From the NCBI GenBank assembly GCA_030704615.1, contig CM060731.1, positions 44,144,001 through 44,208,000 of the forward strand: 64,000 nt of DNA, read 5' to 3'. The position numbers and the translations under genes are program-made. The notes beneath the pieces were generated by a model. That model did no database searches. It was not told the origin of the DNA and worked only from the letters and a program-made list of their open reading frames with translations. This stretch comes from Takakia lepidozioides (Eukaryota; Plantae; Bryophyta). Shown piece by piece: positions 12,359 through 27,269 of this stretch (positions within the stretch are counted from its first letter, which is position 1; the number at the start of each line of letters is the position of its first letter).

Positions 12359-15300
12359 TTAAATGACTTGCTCTAATTTGGCGGAGACTGCAGCCAAGGA
12401 GAAGGCACTCGCAGCACCTTTAGCCGACATGACTTTGCCCACCAGTAGCTTCCACCGGGTTTCCTCCTTTCTGCTCGGCTGCTGCCCTATCCGTTCCTTG
12501 AAGTGCCTGCCACCACCATTGAATTAGTTATCTGTTTGGTTTATTTCTTCAGCCACTTACAGTCTTCCTTTCAACGTGCCCAAAACGAAGTAGCCCAAGC
12601 CTCATTCAGAAGAGAAACAGACAGGTGAACATGTTCTTGGCCGACCCCTGACTGCCTAACCAACCAGGTTTTGGGTTCTAGTTGGAGTCTAACCAGCCAT
12701 AACTCTAATGGGGTAAGGTCTCACGTTCATTGTAATGGAGAAAGATTTAGGAGCTGTAACTTGTCAGAAGTCTGACATGTCAAATGTTCTCGGGGATGAG
12801 AGTCATGGCATAGTTGCAGCCCCCCTGTCACCCTTTGATATGACAAACTGTGTGAGTAGAAACTAATAAAGAAATTCAGGGCAATCCCAATGTCATAATA
12901 TAATATTTTGATCCAGTCCACCAAACACAAGCAGAGTATGAGTACAGGTGGGGTTTGGTTATTCCGATGTAAACCCGTTAGGAACTTATCGGCATTTACG
13001 GCCTGAGAAGTGGGGGCAGAGCCAAAATTAATAATTGAGTTAGACAGTTACTGGAAAAGTGCCCCATGAGTATTGCCTATCACGTAAGCTGTTGGGTATA
13101 GTGAGCCCATACAGCCCTCCTGAAACTGGAATGGATCTCCACCCACCAGCAAACCAAAAATGGCCATAGCAACAATGGCTTTGAGAGAGATGTGCTCAAT
13201 GCCTGTTTTGAAGGCTATGCCATTCAGTTAAGGCCAGTCCTCACAGCACAATAACCTTCCCAGACTGGCTGCGGGGTTTAAGATCGCCAGGGTGTGACAA
13301 TCATCCTGAAGTTGAGCCACTATAACACAAGACGTGATCTACAGGTCCATTTCTCTAACCCCCAATGCTGAGAGAGGGGAGAAATAGCGAACAAGAGAGT
13401 ATACCTATTGACAGTTTCACTGAGACCCGCAAACAATGCCAGTGTTTACAATGTTGCAAGATATCCTGTCGGAACCACATTAAAGGCAACTGGAGACGCA
13501 GCACAGCGAACTTACCGACAAAGAGGAACTTTGCAAGTCGATGTTTCCAGACACATGCGGGAGTGGAGCTCAAGGAGCTGCCACATGCGCTTGCAGTGCA
13601 CACACCCTCCAGATACCTTCATTTTGCAGCCGGCAAAATGCCGAACAAGTGATTCCAGACCTTTACATGCCGGAAATTTGCATGTTCCCTGCTTCTTACC
13701 ATCCAAAACCTTGTCGTGGGGGCCAATTGTGCGGCACCCATCCCTGCAAATGTGCACTAGCGCCTCCATGGCATCATGCAGTTGCTCATAGACCTTGTCC
13801 TCCTCTATCTTCCGAAGCTTGTCTTGTTTTTTCTGGTGGACCAAGAAATGCTTGAAAGTTATTAGCTCTAGCATGATCAAAGCTTTTAATGTCTGCTTAC
13901 CATACAATAAGACAACCCTACTGTTATACACTTCGGACACTTGGAGATACACGACTTCGGACTTTGGGAACACCCAGGGTATTGTAGGCAGGTAGAAATG
14001 TTCATTGAGACAATACTTCTGAACTTAACCACCTGTGTGCAACTGGAAAACTGCAGTTCTGGTTGTGGTGCATCTACTGGGTCCTATAATCTTGAAATGA
14101 GCACTGGGTATGTTTGCCTAAAACAAATGCTAGACAGGTACAGCAATTATGTGCTGAGTTTCCCTATCAAGGTGGGTAGAAACTCCACAAGTGGCGCCAG
14201 AAAGGTTCATGTCCTGTGGCCAAGGGTGAATCAAAGAAGCCGATGTTTGCAGGGAGATGACAACAAGTACACTTGAAACACTTTCTAACTTGAAACACAA
14301 ATTCCACAAACTTGAAATAGGGATTGGCACGAAGCCCATTACCAACAGTAATTCAGCCACAAAGAATACCTTTTCTAGATAGGAATTCACAGAAAACAGC
14401 CTTACAATCATGATCTTTTCAAGCTCCTTAACATGTCTGTCTAATTTGCTTACGGTAGATATTTGACATTCATGCCTTTCTCAGCAGGGTGATGTGTTTG
14501 GAGTTGGTCCGCTATAGCACCTCCCCAGTCTCAAAATAAGAAAAGCTACGCCTCTCCTTCGCCTTGTGTATTATGAGCCATGGACTTAGTTACTTACAGT
14601 ATCGGCCTCTATTACAGCCTCGACAAGCTCTTGCTCCAGAGCTGGGTCTGACTCCCGCATTGCCCTCCACCCCTCAGATCGTGCCACGAGCTTAAAGTCA
14701 CGTACAATAAGGCGCATACACACCAGATGGAGGCGAGGTGCATCACACAATCTGCTCATTCCAAATATTAAGAAGACAAACAAACAATATCCTGTAACCG
14801 AAAGTGTAAATGAAAAAAAGTGTAACCGCTTCATCAATTGATCAGCCAGCCAGCAGACGAATCATTTTGAGAACAAAGGCAAGAAAAAGCCTGCTTAACA
14901 TACCTGGCTACTTGCAAGAGGTCGACAACATTGTCACAGTTCAACAAGCCTTGTTCATAATGCTGTGTGCAGACACGCTTGAGGGCAGGAACTGAAAATG
15001 CATGAGCAAGCACCACCAACTGTAGCCCATACTCTTCCATGTCGGCACGCTCATATCTGTTCACAAATCTCTTGAAAGTGGCACCCCATCATTATGATTG
15101 GCCTCATACATTTACGGGGTTTTCTTTGATAAAAAGAAAGGAGGGGAGGCGTACGTATGTAGAGGAGAGAGACAAGCTGATAACTGGTCAATTTCTTAGA
15201 GGGGGTATACACTATGGTAACAACAGAGCCTCAGTCCTACCCTGTTCTCGTTAGCAACTCTCAATTCCACAACATACAGCAACTCCAACATCCAAAGGTG

Positions 15301-17316
15301 ACAAATAAGCAACCTTTGGCTGGTATCTACAAGGATGTTCATTGAAGATGAGAAACAGAATTTCAGTTAGGACAATGGCTACAGTAGAAACTGAATCTTA
15401 GTTGTCACACGCCATTGCATCTTTACAAGTTCCAATTGATTGATTTGTTGGCTTTTTCCATATCAGCCAGTATCTAACATACATAGCAACCATGAATTCT
15501 CAGTACATACTTTCCTTTCATTACTGCAAAGAGACCTGTTGCGGACAATACGGTGACCTTCCTCAATAACAAGGGAGGGCCTAAGTATGAAAAGGGATGC
15601 ACACTAAAAGGGAATTATTAAAAAGCTTCAAGCACTTCAACATCGAGAACAGATTTCCCCCTCAAGGCCCAGTTGCTAGAGCTGGTGTTTCCTTCGAAAC
15701 AAAAAGGAAAAGAAACGATAGAACAGAAAAAATGTTGAAAAATACAAACCCTAGATTTCCGTGCTCCTAGAAACGATTGCAATGATCTCACCAAGCTGCC
15801 AGTAAACTTCACGCGAAAAAGGAGCCAGTACACCTTGTCGATTGAAGACAATATCAACTGGACGAACAGATCATAAGGGATTACCGGGCAGAATAGAGGA
15901 AGCGAATGAACATCCGGGCCGCATGAGAGTGGACGCCCTTAAGGCTAATACTCATTGGCCAGGCCCTTCCCAACTGTTCGTCCAGCATTCCTCTCAAAAT
16001 ATGTGAGCTTGCTGCCTGCATTGCCATTCCCCAATTCATTTCATGTGTTAGTCGATTTACGATCCCACCTGCAAACATAGACAAGAAATTGACTCCCTCA
16101 GCAACACTAGAGCAGTCACCAGGCCACTCTGTTGTCCCACCACTGATCAAAAGAAAAGTTGAAGAGAGTGTTAGTACACACCCAGTTCTACCAAATGGAC
16201 AACCGCCTCATACTTATGTACCATCATCTGCTTGTGTCAAGGAGGCAGGAGGAGGGGATGACCAGGGAATCTTTCATTGATGCCAAAGTATGGATACTAC
16301 CAATATTACCCATTTCAGTGCTTTTTTTGGCAATCTAATCACATTTGAACACCTTACCCTAACTTAATGTGGTGTATAGATAGTGACAGCAACTGTGGGA
16401 ACAGGAGGGAAACAGGTTTCTATCTTCGGTATGAGACATCTGTGACTCTAAGAACGTGCTCATGGTCATTTGGGGGATACCGGCCAGGTAAAACTGAAAA
16501 TTGTTACCACGTTAAAACATATCTTGTGTAAATGCAACTTTGCAAGATACTGTACACCTGACTGCTAATGTGGGCAACTATCAGCAAAGCATTTTGTCCA
16601 AGGCTGCTGCTAAATGGCAATCCACAGAAACAAACTCCACGCCCACTCTAATTTTCAAATGGGTCCCTGCTACATGCAACATCTGGTAGCCAAGTACAAA
16701 AGCATGCAAGAGGAAGCTGAAGACAAAATCAAACTCCTTTCGAGCACTGTAGCATTTGAACTTTGTAGAACCCAGACGAGGAAGTTCTGAGCAAATGATC
16801 ATGTGTGTACCAAGTATTGGGGCCATGTTATTCTAGCTAGAGCACGCAACTGTAGTGTCTTACCAGAACACCTGAATGAGCATCAATAATGCTGCCATTA
16901 TCAGTGCAAACAGCAACATCTGCATTCGCCCCTTCAAGAAACAACCTATCCCATGTATCGATGTTCTCCTTCGGCACACAGGTGCGTAGAGTGCTCCTGC
17001 AACACTGTACAGCCCTGGCTGTAGAAACGGAGGACGGCTGCTGAGGGGCTCGAGGGGTATGTGGTGGAGAGGGGGGAGGTACAGGTGGGGCTGAGAGATG
17101 TGGGGGAGGTAACTGCACAATTATGGACGGAGGATTGCTCACTGTGGTTGTCTGAGGCTGGCTGGAGGGCACAATGATTGGATCATACACGTGAGTCCCA
17201 CTTCCAACCGAACTTCTCTTACTTGTAAGTGCATTCTCCTTCACTGATGGTACACTTTTAAGGGACGGGGCTGATGGAGGCAGAGGTGGTCTCCCAGATG
17301 TGGTGACTGTGTCCAT
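12359..17316 (-). CDS. BTB/POZ and TAZ zinc-finger domain protein (BT family)
   Basis: Predicted exons 17316-~16864, 16015-15885, 15056-14904, 14751-14598, 13832-13516 and 12506-12359. BTB: [63 protein letters not shown]: [65 protein letters not shown]-terminal RWKLLVGKV helix. Confidence 0.93.
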
Positions 17317-20300
17317 GACTGGACCAGGAGCCTCACAGCGGGCAATCTATGTGGCAGTGTTAGAACTGGGTGTGTTAAATATGGCTTCTTGATGTTAACT
17401 GAGGGAAGAGGTGCATCACTCGTATGTCTGCAACCGGCCTGTACCTGCAACCTGCCATTGTTTCAAATGAAATAGCCAATATTAAAACTAAGGAACGTAT
17501 GTAAAGTAAATGAAGCCGAACCAGCATCAAACTCAGTCACAGTCAAGAAACAGTTGAAATGAAAGTGTCTAACCTTCTCTTTGAACAGATCTGCAAGAGA
17601 AACTGAGTTGAGAAATTTAGAGGATTGAAGCTTTGTCATCTTGCTTTGCACATTCATGCAATGGAAAAACATGAAAATTTTAGAATTCCCAGTTTCACAG
17701 TGCTTTGCAGATTGCTTTTTAGGTTCAGAGCTGTGGTTATCACAAGCATTGATCTCAGGTGTGTCCCTAAATTAGCTACATAAGATATCACGAATTGTGT
17801 GGGTCCCATGGCACACCCAGTAAAGGTAAGACCATTGTCCAATGGCAGCCTCAAAGCAGTGAGATCAGTGCAAGCAAGGTGCAACACTGAGCTACCACAT
17901 ACAAAAAGGAGAACCAATCATTCTTATCTCTCCTCCTTCTCTACTACTTCCTCAACAGGAATTTAAGTGCTCACCTTCCCCATTAAAAAAAAAAAAAAAA
18001 ACTGTGGCTGGCCCAACAGCCAAAGCCCTGTTTCCCATCAATGTCGAGTAAAAGGCAATGGAGGCAAAGCTGGAATAATCCTTTGAAATAATAAGTTGAT
18101 GCCAGCCCTAAGAAACAACAGTCAACTCATGTAGCCAGCTTGTAGTTCACTGTCAGCAGCCACAGTGGCAATTTTGGGCTGATATTTCATGCATTTCAAC
18201 CCACATCGTATGGGAGGCTTAGTATCTCTCACATGCATTTTACTTGCAAGGACCTACGCAGTCATTCATCTAAAGTCAACAGGCAGAGGCAGTATATACA
18301 GTTCCCAAGATTTTACCTCATTACTCGCAATCTCACACTTGATCATGGCGGTTTGATAGCAAACGATAGCTTGTGCAAAAGCTTTTCCGAGGCCTCCATC
18401 TCCTAACCAAATCTAAACCGCTTACCCCCCATACCCCATACCTCTCTCTCTTGGTCTTTCGTGACTGAAAGCAGTAGGAAAAGAGCTCAATAATCTGAAT
18501 TCGACGTGATTGTCGGCCAGAAAGCTATGAAAAATCCATATATGAATCTTCTCTTAAGGAAAAAGTAATCAGAGCCATCAGCGTTCAAACCCAGAGTAAG
18601 GTGATCAAAGCACTCGTTTTAAGCTAAAAGGACTCGAGAGTTCCGCCATTACTAAAAGGAAAGGAAACTACCTGGCAAATAGAACTGCTGCTTGTCGGAA
18701 AGTTTCCTCCATGGCAATCCTCTATTCCACATCCCCAGTTGCTCCAACAAGAATTATCACAATCTGACTGTAGTACATTCTGCATACTAGCCTGGCCATT
18801 GCCAGTCATCATTGCGCCCCTGTACTAGATCTTCCTCTTCATCCTCTTCATCCTCTCCTCACATGCAGAAACCATAAGCCTGGAGAGTCTTCTTGTTTGT
18901 CCAACAAGTGTCACGCTATTTCCCCAAAGCTCCCCGACCTAACCTCCTGCTTCAAAATATTGCGCACACATGAAAGTATGTTGGTGCCTAGCCCAGCAAC
19001 TCCTTGATGCAAACCTCTACCAGCAACACCATACTTTCCCTCCAATTTTACACAATCCCCAATGCGATGATATCTCGCAAACACCAATACTCCCTTCTCC
19101 TCCTCCTAGCCTTTACTTCACTTCGATAACCCCATGAAGACGGTAAACCTCTCTCCTCTCTCTCGCCAACTTGATCCTAATGCGCAATTGAAGCAACATT
19201 CTACACTGAAGAGACAAATACCTGCCTCCTCCGTCCATCCACAAGAGGTAATCCACTCTCACCACCTCCCATCCAACACTCCTCCACCATCAACACGCCA
19301 TCACTCCCTCTCTCTCTCTCTCTATCTCTCTCAGCTCTGCTGCGTCCGGCCACCTCACAGGGGTTCGGTCAACCCGAACCCGGCCGACCCCCCAGCCCGG
19401 CCCGTTATTTTTGTGCCAATGTTTTATGGGTCCACTTCCCGCTCAAATAACAATACTTTCTGGCGATTGGTCCCTACATCGAACGGCGGCAAAGCACCCG
19501 GATATAGCCGGTTTAGCCGGAATCTAACAAATAAAGCAGCCCAACTCAATTGTTTTCTTTTTTAAACAGAAAGAACTCATTATTGTTTTTGCATTCATTT
19601 TATTTTGAGGAATTGTTTTATTTGGGATTATTAGAATAGTTTTTTCTGAAATTTGGAAAATAGCACGAGTGGCTACAGAGTTTTGCGACAAATAGCCATA
19701 CATTATGTTCATCCATTCAAATTAGGATAGAATCATCCACATCTGCTTTAATCCATTCATATCATCCATATTTGGCGAATTCATCCATTTTTTATTTTTT
19801 ATTTGGAGAAATTTGGCGAATTCATCCATGAAAAAAAGAGAATTTGAGACAGATATATATATTTTTTTTTTGAGGTCGCCATTTGGCGAAAATTCGCCAC
19901 AAAAAAAACGCCGATTAGGAGGGACATGATTTGTCTTTTGCTGCAATTCCTTGGACCATAATTGAGAATTAAATCCATTAAATCCTTCTAATTTGACTGT
20001 CTCTCCGTCCTCCTTTTCTCTTAAACAAGAAAAACATTCATCTGCCTTCATGGCTTTTGTAAGGTTATTTTTTCCTTACTTTAATAAAATTTCCAGGGCC
20101 ACTGTCCTGTTCTCCAAAAAAAACAAAACAAAACAAATGAACAAAACTAACAAACAAACAAACAAACCGAAAAGATAATGAAATTTTTATAATAATAATA
20201 ATAATAATGAAAAAACAGTTCGGTTACGGAGTAAGTAGGCCTCTACGGGTACCATCACAGCCAGTCATAATGGACAATGAGTAATTTAGGCTAAACATAA

Positions 20301-21563
20301 ATAGTAATAACGATGGCATATATAGCCCCATGCAGCAATGAAGGCTCCCCCGTTATGACGCAATAGCCACGAGTTTAGCCAGGTGGTCCCCGCAAGAGCG
20401 AATAATCTAGACGCCGTCCAATGGACGGGACAGGAGGTGGAAGCGGGCGTCCAGTGGATTTACGGGCACATTCCCAGGCATATTTCCCGCACGATTTGTA
20501 ATGCAAAGGCGGCTGGCCACATACTCCACGTCATATTTATCTCCAATATCAAATTATTAATGAACCAATAAATAAAATCATTATAAATATCTTCATTTCC
20601 CGGAAATAAGATTTTGGTCGCCAAGTTTATTTAGCCTCTCGTCCACCAATAAACATTATTCATCCACTTATCAGTTCTGCCGATTAGTTCATTCATTCAA
20701 GCATTCATTCGCAATACGGAGCTGTTATTGTCAGTTAAACAAGCCGTGGTTCAATACTCGTATCCGCGCGGTTGTTTCCACGGTCCGACATGACTTTTCA
20801 ATTCTTTCAAAAAACAGAAACAAAAAAGTTCCATAAGATATAAATATATTTCATAATCGTCGTCTATAGCGACGGAAAAGTCAGGCGGGTAAATTTGGTA
20901 AAAGAGCGACGTGGACGGAAGTCCGACAAAATTCGAAGGATTATGCTTCTCCCCATGACGTGATTCCAGCTTGCTTAAGATACTTCAGCGGTACGAGAAA
21001 TCTGGTGCAAGTTGGATCCAAGGAAACAAAGAGGAAGCCATTGAGAAGTAAGAAAACAGTCTAATTTCTTCATGAAATATTGTCGAATTTTTCTATTGCT
21101 GTTGTGAAGACATCATGGTGTTCTGGAAATTTGAAAAGGCTCGAGTCAATCTCAAGATTTAGCATTTTACTCCTTGCTTATGATCGGCACTGCACCTAAC
21201 TACAACTCAACTGGAGGAGCACTATATTCACATTGAGGATGCAGACAAGAGGCACAGACATAGCATGTGAAATCCAAGCAAAGTATTTGCTTTTGAGATT
21301 TCTCTTGGTTGGGGTGCTCTAGAAAGGCTGCTTTTAGTAAGAAAATGCTCTAGCAAATTACCAAGTTTGCAATGTTTGCTCTTGATTGCATGCTGCTGGC
21401 ATAAAATATGTGAGTGCTAATCATACAGGCCGCTGGTGAGCGAAAACAAACTACAGCTGGTGTTTTCGCTCTTCATACACGTATTAAAGACAGGCAAACT
21501 TAGAATTGGCGAAGGAAACATTCAGGTTATACTACACTTGCAATCTCAAAAACTGTGGTCAAC

Positions 21564-24502
21564 TCACAACCTGCCTGCCAACACATCTTTCCGGATGTCT
21601 GCAACAACCTGCTTGAGAACATCGTGGTGGACAACAGGATTGAGATCCAAGTAATATTGAAAGAGTTCTTCCATCTCAACATGCCGGTCCTGGGGAAGAG
21701 GGAAAAAGTGTTAGGGTTAGAATGAACGATGTGAAGATTTTGTAAAAGTTACTCATGGACATCAAACTTCGACTGATTCTGGTAAAGCACTCTCCAATCT
21801 CTACCAATGGATCCAGCAATACTGCTATCTTCCAGTCCAACTTCAAGAGAATGACATTACCAAAAGCATGGCAGTACTTTATTCTTCAAATAGAAGATGT
21901 GAAGGACAGAGTGTGTGCTGTCATACCTGCAAGTGCTCCTCCCGAATCATGCCCAACATGGAGTTTCTGAAGTCAAGATATGGGTCTGACGAATGCTTGA
22001 TCAGAACATGGCTATCCTCCATTGTCCCAATTCCTTCATCAAAAGGCTCTCCAGGACTGCCCCGTCTGGAGATACTGGACAGAGGTGAACTGCTCACAGC
22101 TCTCTGGGCATCCACTCTTTCAGACTCGATCAACAAGTCTTCTTGGATTCTCTGTGACCATGAATCTTCCTGTGATGATTCCTCTAAGTACTTGGAGTGA
22201 AAATCATGATTACTTTTTCTTGTCTCAGGCCGTCGAGATGGACTGGCGAATTTCACTCTTTGCTTCAAAGGGGCAAGCTCAGCTTCATCCACTTTCATGA
22301 GGTGCATTCGACCACCTGCGGAACTCAATGGCCTCTGCCCCGACTCACGGGGAGATAGTTGCCTAATGATCTCACCATTGGGAAAAACTTTGATAGGGGA
22401 GGAACCTGGCCTTTCTAAGACTGGTACTAGAGCCCTCTCTGATGATGCATCATAGGCTGCAGGAGGTACATAAAAGATGGGTTTCTCCTGAGATTTTCCT
22501 GAAGGGGGACGTTTCACACCTATTGAAAGACAGCAGAATTGATTTATACTTGAGAACTACTTGCTAAGGCAAATACTCTTCACTGAAACCTTCGAGGATG
22601 ATTCAGATTGAGTGGGAGTAAAGGCAACTACGTCACTCAATATGGTAAGGAAGTACCAATCATTGTAATTCAAACCTGCGTGCTGTAACACCAACGAAAC
22701 ATGTATCTGAGATGGGAGAGAGAAGGGAGATTTCCTTAACTCTCCTATGACACATAATAAGGATAGAGAGAGGGAGAGAGATGTCATACCAGTGGTTGGT
22801 CCCCTTGGCGAATGACCGTGGATTGACCGTGCAAGACTTAGTGAGTCTCTCTCAGATGATGTGATCTCCTCATTGCTTGATGACATCAAAGACGAGAGGT
22901 CCCCCACCCGGTTCACATTGAGTCTCTCTAGCGGGAGCCTATCTACTAAATTCCGAGATAAAGGTCTTTCAGTGCGGTTTTCTGACAGAGGCCGTTCATG
23001 CATCATTCGTGAGGGAGGTCTTTCTATGTGCTGTGCAGCCATTATCACAGGTCTACTACCACCTTGTCTTGCTCCAGGATGCTCTGAATAACTTGATGTT
23101 GGGGAAGACTCGCCATAAGTCTGGTCAGAAAAGTTATGAAGTTCGCTGCTCACCATCTTCTTATCAAGGCCAGGAGATGACCGGTTTGAGTCTTCTGCCA
23201 AATAAGCAGATGAACAATTTCAGTCAGTTGTAATTCTTCTCTTTGTACAGCAACTTCTCTTCTCTTTGTAGCTAAGGGCTACAAAGAAAATCCTTTGCTT
23301 CTGCCTAAATGCATTTAGTGTCTCTCTATCCCTGTTTTTGGCCAAATTAGGGTGGCACCCACAATGATCTATTAGAACCAAGCTCCTATCCATTTCACAC
23401 CCCCCCCAACCCTCTCTGGGCTTCCCGTGGATATATAAGTTTCTGTGGCTTCTCATTGTCTTCTCTCGCACCTACATCCTCTGTAAGCCCAATTAAATAT
23501 AAGTAAAGCTTAATTCCATATTTTAGATACCAACTTCAAGTGCAACCAGACCTCCATCATCAATGCCTGGTAGCCTAGATAAATACGATCCTGTCTATTA
23601 GATAATCCCAAATGCAACCTAAATACATATCTGTCAATATAATTCAACGAGCTAGTCATATTACAAATATTGTGCAAACCTGGACTTGGTGACGAATAAC
23701 CGGCGCTCTTGCAGTGATAAAGCCTAGAGTTACTGCGACTCACAGGAGGGCGGTCCGAAGAAGCACCACTTGTTCTGGAAGTCCTCGTGGACCTGTGGGT
23801 GACATCATATAAAAATTTAGGCTTTGGTGGTGCATACTGTAGTGGGGGTTGCCCCAGGTCAGGAATAGGGGCTGAGTGAGGCCTGCCGAAGTCTGGGTTT
23901 TGTTTCGCCCTGCGAAGATTGGTCGCTGTCATTGGCCGACGAAGCAATGCAGGACTCACCTCCAAATCCACATCCTTTTTCTTTCTCTCGGTGAATGTCT
24001 CCTGCCATTGTAGTTTTACTCATCAGCAAACTTGAAAATGCACTCACTGCAGAATTCATCGTCTGTAGTGGGCACTTCTGTCTGAAGCGACACTGAAGAG
24101 CTGCTACTGGTCTTAGAAGAGAAATGGGATCGGAGAGAGAGGCAAGACGAATCCTCCATCAGTGTAACTCTTCAAACATTAAAAAAGGCACAATTCTGAA
24201 TTAAAGCACAAATGTACCTGCCGTTGGATGCGGGAGCACATACCCCGGATGTTGTGCAAGTGTGTTAAGGCTTCAAAGGGGGGTTCCTTGTAATTCAAAT
24301 GTGTGAGGTCAACTGCAAACTGAGCTCGCCGCCTCCTCAAACGATTTTTACTTAGGGTCTCTGCAGTGGGGGTTTGCTGCCCCCAGACACTAAATCCAGT
24401 GAAGCCACTGTGTTTAACACGTGCAACTCTTCGAAAGAGCTCTCGAACCTCTGTCATTTCATCTTGCCAGATAAAAGGTCTCCGGGGTCTGTAGTGGCCC
24501 AT
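21564..24502 (-). CDS. OVATE family protein (OFP) with long Ser/Arg/Pro-rich N-terminus; multi-exon
   Basis: Predicted exons 24502-24218, 24001-23680, 23194-22790, 22519-21927 and 21689-21564 are phase-compatible. C-terminal OVATE domain: HVLIKHSSDPYLDFRNSMLGMIREEHLQ|DRHVEMEELFQYYLDLNPVVHHDVLKQVVADI. The start codon and 5' exons are less certain than the domain. Confidence 0.8.
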
Positions 24503-27269
24503 CCCTCTAGACGTCCCGAAGATTTTGCTGAGTGCTACCAAAAGTCAGCTATCTACTTTTCTTGCAATCAAACTTCCTTGCTTTTTTAACCTTCCACCAA
24601 TCGATTGTTCCCCAGTTAAGTGGTCATTGTAAGAAACACACTCCAAACTTATCAGTTTACTGGCTCGTCTAAGAGAAATGCATACTAGAATACTTAGAAC
24701 AGTGTGTCAATCCCTTTCCAGCAGGCAATGTCAAACATCTTACAGGGATCACTCCAAGTAAGCATCAGCTTGAGCCGATATCAGCCACCAACTGATAAGA
24801 AACCCTCCTGTACTTCTACATTATGACATCAAGGAATCTAAGATGGATACCTGATCAGCAGCTGTCAAGTAGAGGTCATCAATAGATATGGCCACTGCCA
24901 CTGCATGCTGTTCCATCCAACGCATGAAAGTGCACACTCAAAACCTTCACAAGAGTGTAAAGCTTATACCAGAGCTCCGTAGCTTCTTGACGCAGCCTAA
25001 AAACCTAAAAATGTGCAGCTGGGCCAACTGGCAACTTGGGTCATAATTGCCATTTGTCTTACACTTCTCAAATACATTTTGATTGATATGCTGTCCAGTT
25101 CTATCCGTATCTCTTTTGGGACTCTCGAAGAAAAAATCTGATTCAAGGTGTGTAAGGGATCGGAAACCGCTGGAGCTTCAAAACCAATAACACATCACTT
25201 GCTGGCCAAAAGATTTGGCTGTGGAGGGACAAAAAAGAAGCAATTGTATTACATCTACTTGAAGCCCAAGCACCAGCACTAGAATCTGCATGCTGTGCCC
25301 CTTTGGTCGTAGAACTCCCTCCTACAGAGAGGGACACAAGGGAAAAAATTACTACGGCTGAAAGGGTCATTGTAGTATGGCAGAAATAACAACCGAAAAG
25401 GCTCGGTAGCAAGAGGGAAGTTGGGGAGAGGTGTCCCCATAGACTGACCAACAGGTAAAAAAATTACTAATGAGATCCTTGCTTCCCATCCTGCTCGTTG
25501 CACTGACTTAGGCTTCAAATAGACAAAAACCCCTCTGGCTTTGACCGCTGTGTCCACCTGTGGTCAGTCTGGGTTTCACGATCGCAGGATCAGAGGCCAC
25601 GATGCTGCCAGCGACGCTTGTCCTCTGTGAGCCTACAACCTTGACAAGACAAAATTTCACCTTCTTGAATGGGTTCATGAGGTGCCGCGAGCCAGCATGT
25701 ACCTGTCTGCCAACCATGAACCAAGGCTGCCCAACGTTAGCTTTTACACAGATGCAGGAGCAGACACTGGAAACTATTTTATCTGAGATGTTGAGCATTA
25801 CTCTAGTTGGTCTCAAAAAACAAAGCAAAAGTGGCGCTGGAGTTTGTTTGGAGTTTCATCTGGAAGCCCACATCAGCCAGGCTCCATATAAAAGTACCTT
25901 ATCTCAACCATTTATTCTTCTGCCGGTAAGAAGGTGGTTCAAATAGTGGTGCTCATCACAAACAGAAAGAGGGTGGCCTTACCACTTTCGCTGGAGCACT
26001 GCAGATATCAAATGTAGCTGCGGCCCTGGGGACGAAATATCAATGGATAACAATATGGGTTGCTGAAAATGTTCTGTGTGATGCTTTTCACAACCCATAA
26101 TTCCATCGCACCTCCTCGGTGTGAGTGAAAGACTCAGTATGCAACTTCCATAGCTATCGCACAACCACCGATCGTGCATTTAAAATATTGAGCCTTGCTC
26201 TAGCTGCAGGCCTCACCAAGGCATGTGACATTGTCTACAAATAGAAAATTTCAGGAGTATTTGTGGATATTCAGCCAGTTCCAACTGTGATCAGAATCCG
26301 ATGTGGTTTCATGCGAAGATTTTGCACCAAATCTTGCCTTTGGAAGCACCCACAACGGACATTTCCAGAGCAAGGCAAATCTCATAAGCTTATCAACATT
26401 CAATCCTTCCGCTGGAAACCCTCTCCCCAAATCACTTTCTCACGAGCCGTTTCCCGCATGCTTCCACTTCAACGCTCAATGTAGCGAGGCATTTGTCAGG
26501 CTCTGCAGACAAGCAGAGAAACCGTTCTTTCTCTCTCGTTGCTTCTCCGCAGACTTTTGAGGAGCAACAAGGGATGGGTGGAGTACGCTCTGTGCACTAC
26601 GTTCATCTCTGGATGATTCTTACTTACCCATGCCCACCAGACCTGGGGCTCAAATCTCTTTGTGGGGCCAGGGATTAACACACACAAAAAATATAGAGCA
26701 CGATGCTCCCCCCTTGATGGTGATGAGCCTGAAGTAAACTGGAGACACAGTAGGTCCCCCTTGCTTTGCAGTTTCTCTTGCTCCTTCTCTGTAGTTCTCT
26801 TTTGAGCTCCTGTAGTTCTCTGTAGTTCCCCTTGGGTGTGACAGAAGGAGGAGCAGTCATCGAGCATATCTTCCTCTCTTACACATCCCTTAGATTTGGT
26901 TTGACTGTATCCATGATAATTGACAAGAGGTTTGCCCATATATTTTGGTTCCAAATTTGAGATATTGAACTGAGATGAAGAGAACATGGGTTCACTCTTG
27001 TTGAAATGGGAAGGCTTTTGGCTTGTTTGAGATCAGCAGCTCAGTTGTTGACAACACTGGGATTCATGCCAGCAATCAGCACATGCTTCCGGGGACTAGC
27101 AATATTTCCAATCCCTGCATGGAAGGTTCACTGCTCTACAATTGTTTGGTACATGCTCCAAAATTTGGTCTCCAACCAATTACTGATTGCCAGGGGTCGC
27201 ATTGTAAAATTCTCTAAAAGTTTTCAGGCTTCATTGTATCTGATAAGTTACTCAGGGTTATGGATGAAC

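Noticed and set aside
19358-20260. GC-rich CCGG patches, repeated TTGGCGAATTCATCCAT and A-rich tracts suggesting MITE remnants
   Set aside because: No terminal inverted repeat pair or TSD could be defined.
24600-27260. Several 60-160 aa ORFs and splice-like signals between OFP and the Copia LTR
   Set aside because: No consistent exon chain or recognisable domain.
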